A DNA stretch of 64,000 bases from Candidatus Omnitrophota bacterium (GTDB lineage: Bacteria > Omnitrophota > Gorgyraeia > Gygaellales > JAMWDD01): positions 13,486-77,485 of the forward strand of contig JAQUNK010000003.1 of NCBI GenBank assembly GCA_028717645.1, written 5' to 3'. A program made the position numbers and the translations under genes. This document shows, one piece after another, positions 59,003-64,000 of the stretch; positions within the stretch are counted from its first letter, which is position 1; each line of letters begins with the position of its first letter. Below the pieces are notes generated by a model. That model was given only the letters and a program-made list of their open reading frames with translations, was not told where the DNA came from and searched no databases.

Positions 59003-61705
59003 ATGGAAAAAAATAAGTTTTATCATTTAACAGCTGAAAAAACTGCCGCGCTTCTAAAATCCGACCTTAATCTTGGACTTAATGCTGAGGAAGCAAAGAA
59101 ACGATTCCTTGAATTCGGCCCAAATCAGCTCAAAGAAAAGAAAGCTATTAGCCCTTTTAGGATATTTTTTGAACAATTCCAGGATTTCATCATCTGGGTG
59201 CTGATCGGCGCAGCTTTAGTTTCGGGCTTCCTGAAAGAGTGGGTAGATGCCTTGGCGATAATCGCCATCGTCATCTTGAATGCGATATTGGGTTTTATCC
59301 AGGAATACCGCGCTGAAAAGTCACTTGCCGCTTTAAAGAAGCTGTCTTCTCCGATATCGAAAGTTATCCGTGCTGGCCAACATGATATTATTGCCTCAGG
59401 CGAGCTCGTGCCCGGCGATCTAATTGAACTGGAAGCGGGTGATAATATTCCCGCTGACAGCCGCATTGTTTGGCTCACTTCTAATTTTAACGCCCAGGAA
59501 GCCAGCCTTACCGGAGAATCTACTCCGGTCCCCAAAACAGCGCTTGCCCTTGAAGAAAAAGATATTCCCTTGGCTGACCGGGCAAACATGGTTTATCTGG
59601 GTACTTCGGTAGCCTCGGGCAAGGCAAGAGCGCTCATCGCCTATACGGGCATGCAGACAGAGCTAGGCAAAATCGCCGGTATGATCCAGGAAGTGCAAGA
59701 AGAGACCACTCCGTTACAAAAAAAGTTAGAGCAGTTCGGTAAATGGATAGTCTACCTGTGTTTTGTGCTGGTTGCGCTCGTCTTCGGTTTAGAAATACTG
59801 CGCGGCGGTAAAATGCTGGATGTATTCTTGACCGCGGTAAGTTTGGCCGTGGCGGCAATTCCTGAAGGGCTTCCGGCAGTAGTGACCATTGCCCTGGCTT
59901 TGGGCGTACAAAAGATGGTCCGGCGCCATGCGCTGATCAGAAAACTTCCTTCTGTAGAAACCCTGGGCTGCGCTACAGTGATCTGTTCCGATAAGACCGG
60001 AACGCTCACCAAGAACGAAATGACAGTACAGGCGGTATTTGCGGATAATGCTATCTTTAAGGTAACCGGCATTGGGTATGAGCCAAAAGGAGAATTTTTG
60101 CTGGAGGATAAAACGATAAATCCTGCGGATTTCTCAGGGTTAAATAAAAGCCTGCTTTGCGCCAGCCTCTGCAATGCAGCACAATTGACCCGTAACGGCG
60201 CTTATAAAATAATCGGAGATCCCACAGAAGGCGCGCTGCTTACTGCCGCGGCCAAGGCTGGAATATGGAAAGAGGCATTAGAGAAAGAATTTTCTTTTGT
60301 CGAAGAGATCCCCTTTGATTCGGAACGTAAAAAAATGACCATCGTACGCCGGGATGGTAGCAGAGTTGTTGCCTATGTAAAAGGGGCTCCGGACATCCTT
60401 TTAATTGATTGTGCGCAGATCGAAGAAAAGGGAGTAGTAAGAAAAATCACTGAGCTGGATAAAAAAAGGATCCTGGAGGTAAATGCAGAATTATCCAATC
60501 AGGCGCTCAGGGTCCTGGCGGTCGCTTATCGGCCGTTGGAGAATGAACCGGATGTTTACCAGGCAAAATCCGTAGAAAAGGAACTTATTTTCGTAGGGCT
60601 CCTGGCGATGATCGACCCTCCGCGCGAAGAAGTGAAGCAGGCGATCATCGAATGTAAGGAGGCCGGCATAAAAAGCATTATGATCACCGGCGACCATAAA
60701 AATACGGCTGTGGCTATTGCCCGAGAGCTAGGATTCTTCCAGGAAGATTCCCTTGCCCTTACCGGCGAAGAGCTGGACCGGCTAAGCGATGATGAATTTT
60801 TCGCTAAAATTGAAAGAATCCCGGTATATGCCCGGGTTTCACCTGAGCATAAATTAAGGATCGTACGCGCCTGGCGTAAACACGGCGCAATAGTGGCCAT
60901 GACCGGCGACGGGGTCAACGATGCACCCGCTGTAAAAGAAGCGGATATTGGTGTAGCCATGGGGATCACCGGCACAGACGTGACCAAAGAGGTCTCGGAT
61001 ATGGTGGTCACCGACGACAACTTTGCTTCTATCGTGGCGGCAGTAGAAGAAGGACGAGGTATTTATGATAATATAAAAAAGTTCGTGCATTACCTCTTGT
61101 CCTGTAATGCCGGGGAAATACTGGTAATGTTCATTTCTTCGCTGGTCGGTTTGCCTGTACCGCTATTACCTATACAGATACTCTGGGTAAACCTGGTAAC
61201 CGACGGCCTGCCTGCCCTTGCCTTGGGGGTTGATCCGACAGACCCGAATATCATGCACCGGCCGCCGCGTAAACCTGATGAAAAAGTAGTCCCCAAATCA
61301 CAGGCATTTATCATGCTGGCCCAGGGCAGCTTTATTGCCTTTTGCAGCTTGCTGGCTTTTACCTTTGTCCTATTTTTTGAAAAAGAGGGGGTCCTGCGCG
61401 CCAGGACCGCAGCTTTCGTTGTACTTTCCTGCAGCCAGCTATTCCATTCATTTAATTGCAGGAGCACGACTGAATCATTGTTCAAGATAGGTGTTTTTTC
61501 CAATAAAAAACTTATCCTTGCCAATCTAGTATCTTTTCTTCTGCAGATGGTTGCTGTTTATCTTCCGTTCCTACAAAGAATATTCAAGACAGAGCCACTG
61601 GGATTATTTGACTGGGTTTTAGTGATCGGTATTTCTTCGTTTCCGCTTTGGGCGATGGAAGCAGTAAAGGCAATAAACAAAAAAATTAAACTGAGGACCG
61701 GATAA
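59003..61705 (+). CDS. cation-transporting P-type ATPase, type IIA (Ca2+/SERCA-PMCA-like)
   Basis: CSDKTGTLT phosphorylation motif, TGDHKNTA, GDGVNDAPA, a PEGLP TM4 motif and 10 TM helices. Length 900 aa. Confidence 0.85.
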   Translation: MEKNKFYHLTAEKTAALLKSDLNLGLNAEEAKKRFLEFGPNQLKEKKAISPFRIFFEQFQDFIIWVLIGAALVSGFLKEWVDALAIIAIVILNAILGFIQEYRAEKSLAALKKLSSPISKVIRAGQHDIIASGELVPGDLIELEAGDNIPADSRIVWLTSNFNAQEASLTGESTPVPKTALALEEKDIPLADRANMVYLGTSVASGKARALIAYTGMQTELGKIAGMIQEVQEETTPLQKKLEQFGKWIVYLCFVLVALVFGLEILRGGKMLDVFLTAVSLAVAAIPEGLPAVVTIALALGVQKMVRRHALIRKLPSVETLGCATVICSDKTGTLTKNEMTVQAVFADNAIFKVTGIGYEPKGEFLLEDKTINPADFSGLNKSLLCASLCNAAQLTRNGAYKIIGDPTEGALLTAAAKAGIWKEALEKEFSFVEEIPFDSERKKMTIVRRDGSRVVAYVKGAPDILLIDCAQIEEKGVVRKITELDKKRILEVNAELSNQALRVLAVAYRPLENEPDVYQAKSVEKELIFVGLLAMIDPPREEVKQAIIECKEAGIKSIMITGDHKNTAVAIARELGFFQEDSLALTGEELDRLSDDEFFAKIERIPVYARVSPEHKLRIVRAWRKHGAIVAMTGDGVNDAPAVKEADIGVAMGITGTDVTKEVSDMVVTDDNFASIVAAVEEGRGIYDNIKKFVHYLLSCNAGEILVMFISSLVGLPVPLLPIQILWVNLVTDGLPALALGVDPTDPNIMHRPPRKPDEKVVPKSQAFIMLAQGSFIAFCSLLAFTFVLFFEKEGVLRARTAAFVVLSCSQLFHSFNCRSTTESLFKIGVFSNKKLILANLVSFLLQMVAVYLPFLQRIFKTEPLGLFDWVLVIGISSFPLWAMEAVKAINKKIKLRTG

Positions 61706-63811
61706 ATGGCTAAAGACCCGATTTGCGGTATGCAAGTTAATGAAAAGAACGCCATAAGATTAGAAAAAGACGGCCAAGTTTATTTCTTCTGTAGTATAAA
61801 TTGTAAGAATAAATTTCTTGGGCATGTTCCCGCCAGCTGCGGACACGACCATGCAGGCCACCACAGCCATATGGTTGCCGACTTCAAGAGGAGATTTTGG
61901 ATTTCATTAATATTTACCCTGCCCGTCCTGCTGCTTTCGCCGATGATCCAGGAATTTATTGGCCTAAAAGAAACCATTAGATTTAGCGGCGACTCGTATG
62001 TCCTTTTTCTATTTTCTTCCATAGTCTTCTTTTACGGCGGATGGCCTTTTCTTAAAGGGCTCTTTGACGAATTAAAAGACAGACAACCGGGCATGATGAC
62101 CTTAATTGCCGTGGCTATTATTACTGCATACATATATAGCGCTGCGGTTGTCTTTGGCTTAGCAGGAAAGGTCTTTTTCTGGGAACTTGTAACTTTAATC
62201 GATATCATGCTTCTCGGGCACTGGATAGAAATGAAATCTGTCATGGGTGCCTCGCGGGCACTGGAAGAATTAGCTCGGCTTATGCCTTCCTATGCACATA
62301 AGGTAATGCCGGATGGAAGTATCAAAGACATCCCTTTGGGCGAGCTGAATATCGGTGACAAAGTTATCATAAAGCCCGGAGAAAAAGTCCCGGCAGACGC
62401 AGATATAGTTGAAGGAGAGAGCTCGGTCAATGAAGCAATGCTTACAGGTGAATCAAATCCGGTATCCAAAAAAGTAGGGGCCAAAGTTATAGGCGGTTCC
62501 ATCAATGTTGAAGGCTCATTAACCGTATTGATTAAAAAAACCGGTAAAGACTCTTTTCTTTCCCAGGTAATCGAATTGGTCAGGCAGGCCCAGGCCAGTA
62601 AGTCAAAAACACAGGATCTGGCTAATCGCGCTGCTTTATGGCTGACGGTGATAGCTATTACCTGCGGGGCGATAACGCTTTTTGTATGGCTGGCTATAAT
62701 GAATAAAGATTTTGCTTTTGCCCTTGAGCGGACCGTGACGGTCATGGTAATAACCTGTCCTCACGCATTAGGGCTTGCCGTTCCCCTGGTAATCGCAGTT
62801 TCAACTGCGCTTGCTGCCAGAGACGGCCTGCTTATCCGAAACAGGGCTGCTTTCGAGCAGGCACGTAATATCCAGGCGATCATATTTGATAAAACTGGCA
62901 CACTTACAAAAGGAAACTTCGGAGTAACCGATACGATCTCTTTTTCGCAAGACGTTTCGGAAAATGAGCTCCTCAAATATGCCGCTTCGGTAGAATCCCG
63001 CTCTGAACATCCTATTGCAAAAGGAATTGTTTCATCCTCCAAAGATATCCTACCCATCGAGGGATTCAAGGCTATCCCCGGAAAAGGCGCACAGGCAAAA
63101 GTTAACGGACGACAAGTCTTGGTAGTGAGCCCCGGTTACCTAAGAGAAAATAATATCGTGCTTGACGACGAAAGAGTAAATAAACTTTCCTCCCAAGGCA
63201 AGACTATTGTTTTCGTTATGTTGGACGGTCAGCCTAAAGGTATTATTGCCCTGGCTGATATTATTAGGCCCGAGTCCAAAAAAACGATTTCTATCCTGAG
63301 AAAAATGGGAGTAAAATGTATAATGCTGACAGGTGACAATAAACAGGTTAGCCAATGGGTGGCAGAGCAAACCGGTTTAGATGAATATTTTGCAGAAGTC
63401 TTACCTCAAGAAAAGGCCTTGAAGGTAAAAGAGGTCCAGCAAAGAGGGCTCACGGTTGCCATGGTAGGAGATGGTGTAAATGATGCGCCTGCCTTGGCCC
63501 AGGCTGATGTTGGAATTGCCATTGGCGCAGGAACAGATGTTGCCATCGAGACAGCGGACATCATTCTTGTCAGGAGTGATCCGCTTGACGTCGTGGCGAT
63601 AATCGGATTAGCGCGCCTGACCTACCGGAAAATGGTGCAGAATCTTGCCTGGGCAACTGGATACAATGCCTTTGCTATTCCTCTTGCAGCAGGTATATTA
63701 TATACTTCAGGGATAATACTTAGCCCGGCCATGGGGGCCATACTCATGTCTTTAAGCACAGTAATCGTTGCAATTAACGCAAAGCTGATTTATTATAAAA
63801 AGGCGGCTTAA
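61706..63811 (+). CDS. copA: copper-translocating P1B-type ATPase with N-terminal TRASH/YHS metal-binding domain
   Basis: N-terminal DPICGMQV...FFCSINC (TRASH/YHS) and a His-rich CGHDHAGHHSHM. CPH transmembrane metal site (ITCPHALGLA). DKTGTLT and GDGVNDAPAL. Confidence 0.82.
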   Translation: MAKDPICGMQVNEKNAIRLEKDGQVYFFCSINCKNKFLGHVPASCGHDHAGHHSHMVADFKRRFWISLIFTLPVLLLSPMIQEFIGLKETIRFSGDSYVLFLFSSIVFFYGGWPFLKGLFDELKDRQPGMMTLIAVAIITAYIYSAAVVFGLAGKVFFWELVTLIDIMLLGHWIEMKSVMGASRALEELARLMPSYAHKVMPDGSIKDIPLGELNIGDKVIIKPGEKVPADADIVEGESSVNEAMLTGESNPVSKKVGAKVIGGSINVEGSLTVLIKKTGKDSFLSQVIELVRQAQASKSKTQDLANRAALWLTVIAITCGAITLFVWLAIMNKDFAFALERTVTVMVITCPHALGLAVPLVIAVSTALAARDGLLIRNRAAFEQARNIQAIIFDKTGTLTKGNFGVTDTISFSQDVSENELLKYAASVESRSEHPIAKGIVSSSKDILPIEGFKAIPGKGAQAKVNGRQVLVVSPGYLRENNIVLDDERVNKLSSQGKTIVFVMLDGQPKGIIALADIIRPESKKTISILRKMGVKCIMLTGDNKQVSQWVAEQTGLDEYFAEVLPQEKALKVKEVQQRGLTVAMVGDGVNDAPALAQADVGIAIGAGTDVAIETADIILVRSDPLDVVAIIGLARLTYRKMVQNLAWATGYNAFAIPLAAGILYTSGIILSPAMGAILMSLSTVIVAINAKLIYYKKAA

Positions 63812-63840
63812 GCCAAAAGGCGGTGATTATTGTGGCAAAA

Positions 63841-64000
63841 AATAATTTAAATTTTAAAATTGCCGGGCAAAAGATATTAGCAGCAAAAAGCATAGTTATT
63901 GCCGGCCATATCAATCCCGACGGAGATTCTATAGGCTCGCTTTTATCTCTGGGATTGGCTTTGAAGAAACTCAATAAGCGTGTTTATCTGCTCAGCCCTG
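63841..64000 (+). CDS. DHH-family phosphoesterase (NrnA-like), 5' partial
   Basis: IAGHINPDGDSIGS is the DHH motif I/II region. The gene continues beyond the window end. GTG start. Confidence 0.5.

Noticed and set aside
60556-61020. 154-aa minus-strand ORF (Ser/Thr-rich) inside the P-type ATPase gene
   Set aside because: Antisense shadow of a strongly conserved ATPase region (DKTGT, GDGVNDAPA). The same applies to ORFs 59125..59589, 59752..60174 and 61090..61524.

Overview
This is a bacterial chromosomal segment, probably from a diderm (Gram-negative-type) organism. Three of its gene products are LPS-core enzymes: GmhB and two GT9 heptosyltransferases. Apart from one radical-SAM gene at 2821..4245 on the minus strand, every gene is on the + strand. 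Coding runs 101..64000 and many neighbouring genes overlap by 1-4 nt.

The first ~14 kb holds housekeeping genes: a MacB-type ABC transporter, a PHP phosphoesterase, rplU, obg, proB, proA, nadD, rpe, a phosphogluco/mannomutase, plsC, rpsA and tyrS. From ~14 kb to ~50 kb there is a very large surface-glycan (O-antigen/LPS-like) biosynthesis locus. It contains a Wzx-like flippase, many GT2 glycosyltransferases, a GT2-GT4 fusion, a GT9, a GT28 and two putative GT-C-like membrane proteins. It also contains a Wzy_C ligase/polymerase, three class-I methyltransferases, a hexapeptide acetyltransferase and a B12-binding radical SAM enzyme. Three nucleotide-sugar routes are represented. The dTDP route has rfbA and rfbB plus an RmlD-like gene. 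The GDP route has manC, gmd and a DegT aminotransferase, which together look like a GDP-perosamine pathway. The CDP route has rfbF, rfbG and a CDP-paratose/tyvelose-2-epimerase-like gene.

The most unusual element is an AT-richer cassette at 32.1-37.1 kb, wedged between rfbF and rfbG. It carries the sulfate-activation genes cysN and cysD interleaved with two soluble alkaline-phosphatase-superfamily (NPP-like) paralogs. One paralog is split at an A8 slippery run, and no APS kinase or sulfotransferase is visible. This is a candidate glycan sulfation, or otherwise novel modification, module.

Downstream are priA (with degenerate Walker A/B motifs), fmt, an ELM1/DUF1022-like protein, a GT9 and two tandem GalT-like HIT genes. 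One GalT copy has Arg in place of the second His of the HPH motif. These are followed by gap, an intrinsic terminator, a Ca/cation P-type ATPase, a CopA-type Cu ATPase with a TRASH/YHS N-terminus, and the start of a DHH phosphoesterase. No CRISPR array, rRNA, tRNA or transposase was seen.
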